Source of the DNA: Minisyncoccia bacterium
GTDB lineage: Bacteria; Patescibacteriota; Minisyncoccia; Phycocordibacterales; UBA9973
Reading direction: 5' to 3'
Length of the DNA stretch: 64,000 nt
Assembly (NCBI GenBank): GCA_049317285.1
Contig: JBMOIO010000001.1
Span: forward strand, 20,388-84,387
Shown here piece after piece: positions 50,856 to 60,407 of this stretch. How positions within the stretch are numbered: position 1 is the first letter of the stretch; each line of letters begins with the position of its first letter. The notes beneath the pieces were generated by a model. That model was not told where the DNA came from and did no database searches. It saw only the letters and a program-made list of their open reading frames with translations. The position numbers and the translations under genes were made by a program.

Positions 50856-53795
50856 CTATAAAACCCCATATTTATGGGCCATAGCACAATACTTACACAC
50901 ATCCCCTTCTCTATAGAGTTTCGCATGGCAGGATCTCGTCACCCACTCTCCATTTTTGACCAATTCGTCATATTCCAAAATATCCTGACGCAATCTCTCA
51001 ATTTCTTGCGAAGTGATATGGCGAGAAACAATAGCGTTTTTATCCCCCGCCTTTGCCTCAAGAAAGACAAGGCGGGACTCTGACACAGTAGTAGTATCTC
51101 GTGTCATCCCCTGTAATAGATACGAATACATGGCAAGTTGGCGCAGATATGATGACATGCGACCTTCTTCATCAGACTTTTCAATATCAGCTTTTGTTTT
51201 TGTGCCTCCTGTTTTCCAGTCGGTTACCCGCACTTCCTGAGTTATAATTTCTTCTACTAAATCAATTTTTCCAAACAGTGTGAGATGTGCAAAGTCTGGA
51301 TCAACATAAGAGAGTGCTCGCTCGGTACTGTACGGCTGTATAATATCCGGAAGTGTTGTCTTGATCCATGAGTTCACAATAGGTGTCGCTTGTACGACTA
51401 ATTGTTTTGTATGAGCTTCATCATAGCGTGCTTCACGGAATGCAAGCGCCTCTATTATTTCCTTACAGTCTGCACTACCACTTTTAAGTACCGCCTCAAT
51501 TGCGCCGTGTACCACCGTACCGACGTGGAGAGACTCATTTTCAGGCTCCGGCAATTGCAATAAATTTCTAAAATACCACTTCCAGGTGCATTCAAAAAAG
51601 TTGTTGAGCATGGTCACTGAGACACGGCGTTTTGCATATTCTTCTCGTACCATTTCTTGCAATGCAACACGTGTTTCTGTCTTTTCAGGTGCAACTGCAT
51701 CGGTATACAAGCGCGGCGCGTGCCCGAGAATAAGAGCTTCAGATTCTTCTGCAGTGCTTTTTTCAAACAATTCACCAGGAAGTGCAGCAACGACACTTGC
51801 AAGAGACTGGTCGCTTCCGCTATAGCTGTGTCGCGCGTAGGAAATAGTGCAAAACCGCTTTGCCCGAGTAATCGCCACATAGAGCTCGCGTTTCTTCACC
51901 GACTCATCGTGTAATTCCTCTTCTTTTGAGAGCGCTTCTGGTAGTGTAAATGCCTGCCGTTTACTTCCCATAAAGGACCGCTCATCCATGTGCGCAATCC
52001 ATACCACATCAAATTCAAGCCCCTTAGATCCGTGAAGTGTGAGCACTTTGACGCCCTGCCCGGCCCCAAACACGGCAAGTGGAATATCTTCATCATAGGC
52101 TTCTAATCGTGCAATAAATGCCAAGAAATCCAAGACCGTGACCTTTTTTCCGCGTTCGCTCTGCGAAAGTGCAAGATGCAAGAAGGTCCGGACAATTTCA
52201 ACACGGCGACGTAGTACTTCATCTGTAGCTTCGGTGGCGAGAAAACAATCTTCTGCAATATGCTGAACAAGTCCGTAGGCATCAGTTGTCTGTGCAAGAG
52301 TAATCCAACTCGAAAGTGTCTCACCCCAAGTCCGTATTGGATCATCGGAAGACTCGAGTACTCTTTCAACTGTGATTTTTTTATTGGTCGAAAGATAGCG
52401 ATGTGCAGTCATCGGTGGAATGCCAGCAAGCGGGTCAAGTAGCGTGTGTGCGACTGAAACCACATCAAACGGATCAGCCACAATGCGAAGCATTGTGAGT
52501 AATGACTGCGCTTCGGGCAATTCAAATAACTGTAGTGTCGTGCTTGAGGAAACTTGGAGCCCCATGTCGCGGAGCGTTTGCATCGCGCTTTTTACCTGGC
52601 GGTTTTTGGGCACCAGAATCGCACAGTCATTACTATCTACCCCTTGTGCAATTTTTTCTTGTATCGAAAGCCCTGCAAGAATGATCTCGTCGCGCGGGTA
52701 ATCAGCTTCAATAAGGCACAGTGGGTGCGCTTCTGCAGTACTACCGGTGAGCTTCCCTTCTGCCAGGTCGCTTTGCAAAAGCGTTTCAGCCATATCCAAT
52801 AGTGTTTGTGTTGAGCGATAGTTTTCAGTAAGTGTAATCAGTGTTACCGCTCCGAACCCTCGTTTAAATGCTTCAAAGTGTGACAATGACGCTCCCCCAA
52901 ATCCATAGATCAACTGACGGTCATCCCCCACCACAAAAAGGTTTGGTTGCTCAGTATCACCCCATACCAAACGCAAAAATTCATTTTGAATCCCGCTTGA
53001 GTCTTGGTGCTCGTCAACCAATACATACAAGTATCGCTCTCGAATACTATCGCGGACATCATCGGAAGTTTCTACCAATCGCACCAAGTGTTCAAGTACA
53101 TCATTGTAGTCGATCAGTCCGCGCTCGTTTTTTATCTCTTCATAGAGTGCATAAAAGGCTCCCGCCTCCATACTTCGCTCAAAGCTCTCTAATTTCTTTT
53201 CGACATCCTTTTTTATCTGCCCCTTTGTCTCTCCCCGAGAAGAAATGCTTGCTGGATCATTTTTCAAAGAATCCATTTCTCGCTCTATGCTTTCAATAAA
53301 TGCCGCCGGAGTGATTCGGTCGCGCTTCAGGGTTCCTATGAGCGACTTGAGATCGCGAAAATACATCGAAGGCGCGGCGCGGGGGCGTAGATACTGCCAG
53401 TCGCGCATATACAGCAGTTCATCAAAAAGTGCGACCGTTGAAGTATCTTCTAAAAGTACCGGCACCACATCATAGTCCAGTGCGTGATAAAACTCTTCAA
53501 TCAATGAAAGCGTAAAACTGTGAAAGGTGTTGACCTTTACCCGAAGTGCAGAAGGGCCAATGTATCGCATCAAGCGCTCGCGCATGGCTTTGACTCCAGC
53601 ATTCGTAAATGTCAGACACAATACGCCGTCTGGCGGAGTATCTGTCTTGGTCAGGATGTTTGCAATGCGAAGAGCAAGCACCTGGGTCTTGCCGGTACCC
53701 GGGCCCGCTATCACCATGACAGGCCCTTCAATAGTGTCGACCGCTTCTTTTTGCTTGGTATTTAAGGTCTTATACGCTGCTACGAAGTTTTCCAT
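50856..53795 (-). CDS. UvrD/PcrA-like helicase fused to a PD-(D/E)XK nuclease
   Basis: AGPGTGKT, VDEHQD, VGDDRQLIYGF, NYRS, TLHGSKGLEF, YVAITRAK; C-terminal GKIDL..DWKTG..QLAMY. Confidence 0.9.
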   Translation of the reverse strand: MENFVAAYKTLNTKQKEAVDTIEGPVMVIAGPGTGKTQVLALRIANILTKTDTPPDGVLCLTFTNAGVKAMRERLMRYIGPSALRVKVNTFHSFTLSLIEEFYHALDYDVVPVLLEDTSTVALFDELLYMRDWQYLRPRAAPSMYFRDLKSLIGTLKRDRITPAAFIESIEREMDSLKNDPASISSRGETKGQIKKDVEKKLESFERSMEAGAFYALYEEIKNERGLIDYNDVLEHLVRLVETSDDVRDSIRERYLYVLVDEHQDSSGIQNEFLRLVWGDTEQPNLFVVGDDRQLIYGFGGASLSHFEAFKRGFGAVTLITLTENYRSTQTLLDMAETLLQSDLAEGKLTGSTAEAHPLCLIEADYPRDEIILAGLSIQEKIAQGVDSNDCAILVPKNRQVKSAMQTLRDMGLQVSSSTTLQLFELPEAQSLLTMLRIVADPFDVVSVAHTLLDPLAGIPPMTAHRYLSTNKKITVERVLESSDDPIRTWGETLSSWITLAQTTDAYGLVQHIAEDCFLATEATDEVLRRRVEIVRTFLHLALSQSERGKKVTVLDFLAFIARLEAYDEDIPLAVFGAGQGVKVLTLHGSKGLEFDVVWIAHMDERSFMGSKRQAFTLPEALSKEEELHDESVKKRELYVAITRAKRFCTISYARHSYSGSDQSLASVVAALPGELFEKSTAEESEALILGHAPRLYTDAVAPEKTETRVALQEMVREEYAKRRVSVTMLNNFFECTWKWYFRNLLQLPEPENESLHVGTVVHGAIEAVLKSGSADCKEIIEALAFREARYDEAHTKQLVVQATPIVNSWIKTTLPDIIQPYSTERALSYVDPDFAHLTLFGKIDLVEEIITQEVRVTDWKTGGTKTKADIEKSDEEGRMSSYLRQLAMYSYLLQGMTRDTTTVSESRLVFLEAKAGDKNAIVSRHITSQEIERLRQDILEYDELVKNGEWVTRSCHAKLYREGDVCKYCAMAHKYGVL

Positions 53796-53847
53796 ATCTC
53801 TATTGTATCACGGGGTTTCGCCCTCAATTCCTGCTATACTGACACTC

Positions 53848-54960
53848 ATGATTTCAACAAAACTGCTTTTTGGTATTCTCGTATTCCTTGGATTTATCGG
53901 CCTTATTGTCCTCTCGGGGAAAATGTACGCCAGCGCCTTCCGGCTTTCTCCGTACTGGTCAAAAGCTGCGATGGCCTCCGGAGTTCTCGTCCTCGGCGGA
54001 TTTATCCTCGCCATGACAATGGGGAGAAGTGCTCAGTCACTCCACCCGAGTATGTATACAATACTCAATATCATTGCAGGGTTTGGATTGTATCTCTTTC
54101 TTGGAGGAATTGCGCTTTCAGTAGTTTCTTTCGGTTTCCATCTTGCCAAAGTATCCCTTCCTCTTGCAGTTCCTATTGTGTTCCTCAGTATCTCTCTTCT
54201 CTTTGGTATCACTGGACTCATCCAGTCGCGATATATTACAACAGTAGAATATGCTGTGACGCTGCCGAACTTGCCCGAAGAATGGAATGGTAAGCGAGCC
54301 GTCCTTGTTGCCGACACGCACTTTGGCCTAGTGAATCATGTAGGATTTTCCGACAAGGTAGTAAACAATATCCTTGCTCTCAATCCTGATCTTGTTCTTA
54401 ATGCCGGAGACTTTTATGACGGACCGAAAATTGAGACGGCACCAATCACTGCTTCATGGAAACGCCTTGCGGATACTATTCCGGTGTTTTATGCACCAGG
54501 AAACCATGAGGCATACGGCGATTACGAAGCATTTGTGCACTCCGTGCGAGATGCAGGTGTGACAGTGCTCGACAACAAATTGATTGAACATAAGGGTGTG
54601 CAGATTGCAGGAATTACCTATTATGGTACTGATGAAGAAAGCAAAGTCGCCGCAAAGAGTGCTCTGGAGAATCTTTCGCTTAATAAAGCTATGGCGGCGA
54701 TTCTTATCAACCATCCACCTACTTCCCTTGCTGAAGCAGAAACTGCCGGAGTAAATCTTATGGTTTCAGGACATACGCACAACGGACAGTTTTGGCCGAT
54801 GACCTATGTAGTCCGCCCAATCTATGGCATCTATTACTATGGACTCAATCTCTTCAATACAATGCAGGTGCTCACGACAAGCGGTGTCGGAACATTCGGT
54901 CCCCCATTCCGCACCTTCAATGCTCCTGAGCTTGTTGTTATTACGTTTAAGGCGCAATAA
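53848..54960 (+). CDS. membrane-anchored metallophosphoesterase
   Basis: N-terminal TM helices; DTH, GDFYD, GNHE, GHTHNGQ motifs. Confidence 0.9.
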   Translation: MISTKLLFGILVFLGFIGLIVLSGKMYASAFRLSPYWSKAAMASGVLVLGGFILAMTMGRSAQSLHPSMYTILNIIAGFGLYLFLGGIALSVVSFGFHLAKVSLPLAVPIVFLSISLLFGITGLIQSRYITTVEYAVTLPNLPEEWNGKRAVLVADTHFGLVNHVGFSDKVVNNILALNPDLVLNAGDFYDGPKIETAPITASWKRLADTIPVFYAPGNHEAYGDYEAFVHSVRDAGVTVLDNKLIEHKGVQIAGITYYGTDEESKVAAKSALENLSLNKAMAAILINHPPTSLAEAETAGVNLMVSGHTHNGQFWPMTYVVRPIYGIYYYGLNLFNTMQVLTTSGVGTFGPPFRTFNAPELVVITFKAQ

Positions 54961-54993
54961 TAAAAAGCCTCACCTAATCGGTGGGGCTTTTTA

Positions 54994-55518
54994 TTATCTT
55001 CCTAGAGGCAGAATGCATGATACATACGACGACGTTACGGAATTCGTTAAACCAGGTCCGCACATTCCCGACCTGTACGGCAGTTCCAAAATCCAATGAA
55101 GTACCGGACCAGGCCCCGGGAGAGTGACGCCATCGTAAACAGTACTTGGCCCTGTTGAAGGGTGATACAAATATCCGCCGTATCCGCGTCCTCCGGGCGG
55201 ATCTACAGGTAGTGTTGGCATAGCTGTTTGAAGAAATGAATTGACCGTTGAATTTCTAGTGTACCCAGCCCATCCTTCATAACAAGTCGCACTCACACAA
55301 GCCCATCCCCCGGTACTCCCAGTAGTGTCCGGATATACCCCTGTATCGCCCGCCGCCAATGCAAACGCATTTTGAAGCTCTCGTACATCTGCATTGCGCC
55401 GTGCATTGCGTGCTTTCACTCGAGCGCTATTTAAGCTTGCCATAACTACTGATGCCAAAATGCCGATGACTGCAATCACGACGAGAAGTTCTATTAAAGT
55501 GAAGCCTCGGTTTTTCAT
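54994..55518 (-). CDS. type IV pilin-like prepilin
   Basis: MKNRGFTLIELLVVIAVIGILA class III signal. Confidence 0.88.
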   Translation of the reverse strand: MKNRGFTLIELLVVIAVIGILASVVMASLNSARVKARNARRNADVRELQNAFALAAGDTGVYPDTTGSTGGWACVSATCYEGWAGYTRNSTVNSFLQTAMPTLPVDPPGGRGYGGYLYHPSTGPSTVYDGVTLPGPGPVLHWILELPYRSGMCGPGLTNSVTSSYVSCILPLGR

Positions 55519-55536
55519 TACTTTAGTATACCCCAC

Positions 55537-56058
55537 TTATGGATTGACCTGCAGCATGCACGACGCATGGGTGCCACTTACACCGAAACTCAAGATTCCT
55601 CCCGGCGCACAAGAACTTTCAGTTGCAGGCATTTCAACATTCCAATAGATATATGCTCCCGCAGGAAACGTCAGTCCATTATACCGAACACTTCCTGCCC
55701 ATGCATCGTAATACAAATACCCCCCATATCCGCGATTTCCTCCTGTTGGATCTGATGGTTTTGTCGGAAGGTATGGTGCTAAATAATTATCCACAGCACT
55801 AACAGCTACTTGTCCGCTCCAGCCGTCATAACAGGTGGCACTGACACATGCCCATACCCCGCCCGTGCTCGGGAGAGAACCTGATCCATCAAGACCTAAC
55901 TGAAATGCATTAAGAAGCTGTTTAACATCACTTGTGCGCCGTGCATTGCGCGCTTTTACACGAGCACTGTTCAGTGAGGCCATTACGACACTTGCAAGAA
56001 TACCGATGACAGCAATAACGACGAGGAGTTCTATGAGGGTGAAGCCGCGGTTTTTCAT
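55537..56058 (-). CDS. type IV pilin-like prepilin (tandem paralog)
   Basis: Same N-terminus as its neighbour; shares WACVSATCY.GW and RGYGGYLY. Confidence 0.88.
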   Translation of the reverse strand: MKNRGFTLIELLVVIAVIGILASVVMASLNSARVKARNARRTSDVKQLLNAFQLGLDGSGSLPSTGGVWACVSATCYDGWSGQVAVSAVDNYLAPYLPTKPSDPTGGNRGYGGYLYYDAWAGSVRYNGLTFPAGAYIYWNVEMPATESSCAPGGILSFGVSGTHASCMLQVNP

Positions 56059-56150
56059 TGAAGTAGTATAACAAATTTGCGGAGGCAGTTTTAGCTTTGT
56101 CGCGAGAGACGTCATTTTTTGCACTAAGTACATAACAGCAAAGCAGGTAA

Positions 56151-56525
56151 CTATTCTATTCTATATTTTGCTGTCTTTTTTGCTATGCGTTTTGGCTGTT
56201 TAACCCACTGATGACCTTCTTTTGTTCCTATTTGTTTCGCACGATTTGTTGCTCTTTTTTCCTCAACAGTTAGATGCTCACGTGCCTTTTTTGGTAAATA
56301 CCGGCTTTGTTTTGGTTTTCCTGTATACCCCCAATCCTCTTTTGTCCATTTTACTAAACTATTTTGTTGTGACTTTACTCCACTGTATCCACCCCCACGG
56401 TCTTTGTATAGCTTTACCGCATATTGCATAGCACGGGCAGAAAATTTACCCATCTTTTCCACCGCTTCAGTTTTACAATATTCCCACAGTGGTTCGTTGT
56501 CTCTTTTTGCGGATGTTTTTTCCAT
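56151..56525 (-). CDS. basic hypothetical protein (possibly DUF5872-like)
   Basis: FSARAMQ..Y..RGGGY, L.KWTKEDW, RYLPKKA pattern; family assignment from memory. Confidence 0.6.
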   Translation of the reverse strand: MEKTSAKRDNEPLWEYCKTEAVEKMGKFSARAMQYAVKLYKDRGGGYSGVKSQQNSLVKWTKEDWGYTGKPKQSRYLPKKAREHLTVEEKRATNRAKQIGTKEGHQWVKQPKRIAKKTAKYRIE

Positions 56526-56535
56526 GGGTTAAAAA

Positions 56536-56940
56536 CTAGATAACAACATGTACTATATATAAAATAACAAGAGCCATTGTGAGCATTCCTATCGCAGGGA
56601 GTATCTTTACTAGAGGATCTTTTATTTTTATATGCATTGTTATCGCGCCGAGCATAAGAACTGATAGTAGCATAAGTGCTGGTACCCCAAGTAGTGGCAT
56701 TAATTGCTGTATAAACAAAGCAAGAAACAGTATTATAGCGATGACGATTTTTAAAAAACCAACAACGTACATGAACCATGACGGTAGTCCATATACAGAA
56801 AATTCTTCTTTCATAGTATGTGCCCCTGCACCACGATATTTTGTCGCACGGCCAAACCTAAAAATCCATACATTGATTAACCCACTAGCAATCACAACCT
56901 GCAAAATAGGCACTGTCCAAATTATTACTATTTCTGACAT
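56536..56940 (-). CDS. DoxX family membrane protein
   Basis: MKEEFSVYGLPSW...VG..K...LMLGAITMHIK pattern. Confidence 0.78.
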   Translation of the reverse strand: MSEIVIIWTVPILQVVIASGLINVWIFRFGRATKYRGAGAHTMKEEFSVYGLPSWFMYVVGFLKIVIAIILFLALFIQQLMPLLGVPALMLLSVLMLGAITMHIKIKDPLVKILPAIGMLTMALVILYIVHVVI

Positions 56941-57174
56941 AATTAAAAAATTAAAAGCTTATAAAAAACTTGTCTTAATGGTACCATTTTAGCGATCAAA
57001 TCCCCATCACTTAATTTTTATGGGTGGTGATTTATAGTCGGTAATTTGTAATGGAAGAATCTCACGTCATCGTATAGTTCTTGTATTTGCGGAGGTGGGT
57101 TTATAGTCGCTGAGCATTTATATGAGCGCATGCGGAGGCATTATATAGTCGCTTTCGCTCCTTATAATGCACTG

Positions 57175-57404
57175 CGCAAAATATGGTCGCACTTCGTGCT
57201 CCCTATTTTGCGGTATTCATTGTACAAAATTCGAACCTTTTTTGAAAGCAATCCTGATGAGGAGTGATGCACGCCTCGTCCGCTCCCTTCGGTCGCGGGA
57301 GCAAAAACCAAAAATTTTCCTTACCTTTCTTTTAGATTTTCGGCGGGGGGTGTGGGGGGAGCCGACAAAAAATGGAAAGGAAATTTTTGGTTTTGCTTCG
57401 CCGT
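57175..57404 (+). repeat. 230-bp inverted repeat, left copy
   Basis: Reverse complement of 60675-60903, differing only by one G in a G-run. Confidence 0.92.
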
Positions 57405-57648
57405 TTCAGACTACAAAATGAACATTTGTATTATATCATTTGTGGTTCTTTGGAGTTGTTCATTTCTCCGTCCTCACGGCGATACGAGGCGCTTCCTCTC
57501 GGCGTTCTGTGGTATCTCTAAACTCTGTGACTTCGACCGAGTTCGGTGGTAACTCAAAGAATATGGATTGTGCACAGCACAAACAAATCTGTATGTGCTT
57601 GCCCCGCCCACCCTGTGCGTGCACACAAATCCCCACCGTTTTTAGGAG

Positions 57649-57680
57649 ATATTATAAAACGGCGGGGATTGCTCCCTTAA
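57649..57680 (-). repeat. 32-bp gene-end repeat, copy 1
   Basis: atattataaaacggcggggattgctcccttaa; 30/32 identical to 58677-58708; overlaps the stop codon of the 329-aa gene. Confidence 0.8.
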
Positions 57681-58666
57681 ACCTCAAATTCCTTATCAGT
57701 TTCTGCAAGATGTGTTTTCAATTCGTTAAGTCCCGCATCTAAAGCATCAATATAAACTTCTAGTTCGTAATTTTCAAATTTTCGAGTATTTTTAAATGTT
57801 TCAATTTTAGAAAACACAAAATCTAATTTTTTGATCACTTCGTGAGTTCCTGGAATTCTTATGGCTTCGCCAAATTTACCAAAACGGTCTTCCAATCCCT
57901 TTCTAATCTTTTTATATAATTCATGGTAATGATCGAAGCTCGGCCACGCTAAATGGTCATTCCACTGGAAACCGTAAATAAGATTTACTTGATATAGAGA
58001 TGGCTTATTTAGAAGCTCACCGAGCTTCTCACCCTTAAATTTTGTTTTATGTTGTTTTTCTTCTTTTTGTAATTCTTTCATAACAGTTTCAAGCTCAACC
58101 CCAAGATATTTATCCTGCAATTCAATAATTTCTGAAAACTTGATTGTTCTACTTTCTGTTTTTGTGTGCATGTATAGCATGTAGCGGAAGCCGTCTTTTG
58201 TTAAAGACGAGCGATCAATCATACAAGAAGTAACCTCGTCATTAGCATAAGTTGATTTTCTACCTTTTCTTTCTGTCTTAACAGGATGCCCGATAGTTTC
58301 GTTTCTTACCTGTCTGATTTTTGCCAATTCAGCATATTTTGCATTACCCCAATCAATTTTCTTATCATTACCAAACAAAGATATTTTCAAATAATTGACG
58401 GCATCTTGTTGAGTAAAAAGAGCTTGCAAGATTCCATAAGTTGCCAGATATGGATTTTTTATGAACAAATCATTCGGGTCTTGTTGAAAATTTTGGATAG
58501 CCAAACAAGTATCCCCAATAGTATCCAACGCCGCGCAAAACTGATTCCAATCACCATTCTTTTTCTTTAAAAAGACATTCGTCTTTTTAATAGTGGACAC
58601 GTTAAAAAAATTCCTGATTTGATTGCTCGTCTCTTCTATTTTAAGCTTTTTGTCTTCTTCGGCCAT
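57677..58666 (-). CDS. hypothetical protein with HEPN-like motif
   Basis: AT-rich and helical; IRQVRNETIGHP contains RNx4H. Confidence 0.6.
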   Translation of the reverse strand: MAEEDKKLKIEETSNQIRNFFNVSTIKKTNVFLKKKNGDWNQFCAALDTIGDTCLAIQNFQQDPNDLFIKNPYLATYGILQALFTQQDAVNYLKISLFGNDKKIDWGNAKYAELAKIRQVRNETIGHPVKTERKGRKSTYANDEVTSCMIDRSSLTKDGFRYMLYMHTKTESRTIKFSEIIELQDKYLGVELETVMKELQKEEKQHKTKFKGEKLGELLNKPSLYQVNLIYGFQWNDHLAWPSFDHYHELYKKIRKGLEDRFGKFGEAIRIPGTHEVIKKLDFVFSKIETFKNTRKFENYELEVYIDALDAGLNELKTHLAETDKEFEV

Positions 58667-58676
58667 GATTTGGTAA

Positions 58677-58708
58677 ATATTATAAAACGGCGTGGATTGC
58701 TCTCTTAA
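58677..58708 (-). repeat. 32-bp gene-end repeat, copy 2
   Basis: atattataaaacggcgtggattgctctcttaa; overlaps the stop codon of the MFS gene. Confidence 0.8.
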
Positions 58709-59859
58709 GAAGTTACCACGTTTAATTTTCTAGTATCTAAAAACCAGAAGTAAATAAATATGATTCCGACAGACAAGAATATAAGCGGTAAATAATTATG
58801 AAGAAGTATTGCTATAGAAAATAATATTAGTCTACCGAGTACCGTTGGTATTTCACGCAATACCAAGAATTGGGCATCGTCTTTGCGCGCTTGATTGTAC
58901 ATAAGTGAACTGTAAGGTACAAGAAAAACCTTTAATGACAATGTGGCAAAAATGGTAGCTATATAAAATAAATATTGATTAGGGAAAAATTCTCCAATAG
59001 CAAAATTGATAAACCACACAATGCTTACAAGAAACGCACCTATTTTTATTAGTTTATGTTTGTTCCATTGGTCAGTTAATTTTCCTAAAGTTAGCGTAAA
59101 AAATAATGATGCAACTGATGTAATTGTTCCTATGATTCCTACTTCTAAAGTGCTTGCGAGCTGTAAAAAGATAAAAATTGTCCATAGCGCCATAGCATCT
59201 TCAGCCAAGTTATCTATAATTTCTGGTACAAAATACTGCTTGTTTTTTTGCCAAATTTCTTTAAATTTTTCTTTTGAAAAAATAAAGTTTGTTTTTTCTG
59301 ACTTCAATGACAATATCGGTAGAAAAGTAAAAAATAATAAAAACATCGCAAATGCAAATAAAATATTAAATCCGTAATGTATAGCAATAAATGCCCCCAC
59401 AAGAGGCCCTGCCATAGACAAAGCTTTTGGGACAACAAAAAATTTACTCATAGATTTCCCCATGTTTTCTTCTTTGGTATTTCGAACAAAAAGAATGTTG
59501 AGGGGTATCCAGTAGAATGCAGATTCTGCACCAGAGATAATAGGGATTATATAAAAGAGCATTGGCATATCTTTCAGTCCAAACAAAAGAAGTAAAAAAT
59601 ACGTGAGCAGTAGTCCGAATCTTACATGTAGAGAATGTACTAATCCTATTTTGTTCGATACTTTAACTGTGACAAAAGCAAACAAAAGTAGGGTGGCATG
59701 ATGTATCATCATCCATATCATCACCATTTGAAAAGAGTACCCTAAGTTAAAAAGATAAATAGGAATGAATATTGCTACAAAAGACATTGCAAATCCATTC
59801 AGACTCATCATTCCTAGTACTTTATTAAAACCATTACCTGTGATGTCTTTGTTCTCCAT
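58705..59859 (-). CDS. MFS transporter
   Basis: About 12 hydrophobic segments; GKLTDQWNKHKL loop motif. Confidence 0.8.
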   Translation of the reverse strand: MENKDITGNGFNKVLGMMSLNGFAMSFVAIFIPIYLFNLGYSFQMVMIWMMIHHATLLLFAFVTVKVSNKIGLVHSLHVRFGLLLTYFLLLLFGLKDMPMLFYIIPIISGAESAFYWIPLNILFVRNTKEENMGKSMSKFFVVPKALSMAGPLVGAFIAIHYGFNILFAFAMFLLFFTFLPILSLKSEKTNFIFSKEKFKEIWQKNKQYFVPEIIDNLAEDAMALWTIFIFLQLASTLEVGIIGTITSVASLFFTLTLGKLTDQWNKHKLIKIGAFLVSIVWFINFAIGEFFPNQYLFYIATIFATLSLKVFLVPYSSLMYNQARKDDAQFLVLREIPTVLGRLILFSIAILLHNYLPLIFLSVGIIFIYFWFLDTRKLNVVTS

Positions 59860-59863
59860 ATAT

Positions 59864-60403
59864 TTAAATATTTTCTATATATCTTATCAACCGATCATAT
59901 TCCTCGGCGTGCGGTACCAACATAGATTTTTCATCTTTAGTTATTAACTTAAATTCTTCAAATTCAATCCACTTTAATTCCGAAACTTCCTCATCAGAAT
60001 GCATTTGAGAAAGTTCAATATCCATATGAACTACATATACATCTTGAAACTCATTGTTTACATATGTCCCTTTATTCAAAATAATATTTTCTTTGAGGGT
60101 GCATAAGAATATAAAAGCCTCATCAGGTAGAGACAATCCGAGTTCTTCTTTTGTTTCCATCTGAGCCCCTTCCAAGCTCGTCTGACCTGCAGAGATGTGA
60201 CCAGCAGCGGAAATATCCCAATAATCAGGGTAAGCTAGTTTATTACTAGCCCTTTTTTGAAGCAGTATTTGTTTTTTTGAATTCACAAACCAAACATGAG
60301 CTGTTCGGTGAATAAAACCCTCTCGATGAACCTCATCGTAAGATTTAGACTCACCAGTTTTTTCACCTTTCTTATTTAATATGTCGAGATATTCGTCCGC
60401 CAT
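59864..60403 (-). CDS. NUDIX hydrolase (IDI-like)
   Basis: VHREGFIHRTAH, LLQKRA, WDISAAGH..AGQ...ETKEELG motifs. Confidence 0.85.
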   Translation of the reverse strand: MADEYLDILNKKGEKTGESKSYDEVHREGFIHRTAHVWFVNSKKQILLQKRASNKLAYPDYWDISAAGHISAGQTSLEGAQMETKEELGLSLPDEAFIFLCTLKENIILNKGTYVNNEFQDVYVVHMDIELSQMHSDEEVSELKWIEFEEFKLITKDEKSMLVPHAEEYDRLIRYIENI

Positions 60404-60407
60404 ATAT

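Noticed and set aside
54994-56058. DGR template/variable repeat pair
   Set aside because: Differences are not adenine-specific and no reverse transcriptase is present.
57341-57362. GGGGTGTGG similarity to the F-plasmid oriT nick site
   Set aside because: A short low-complexity match with no relaxase in the window.
57649-58708. Classical integron attC or Xer dif sites
   Set aside because: No RYYYAAC/GTTRRRY cores, no dif consensus and no integrase seen; kept only as unexplained repeats.
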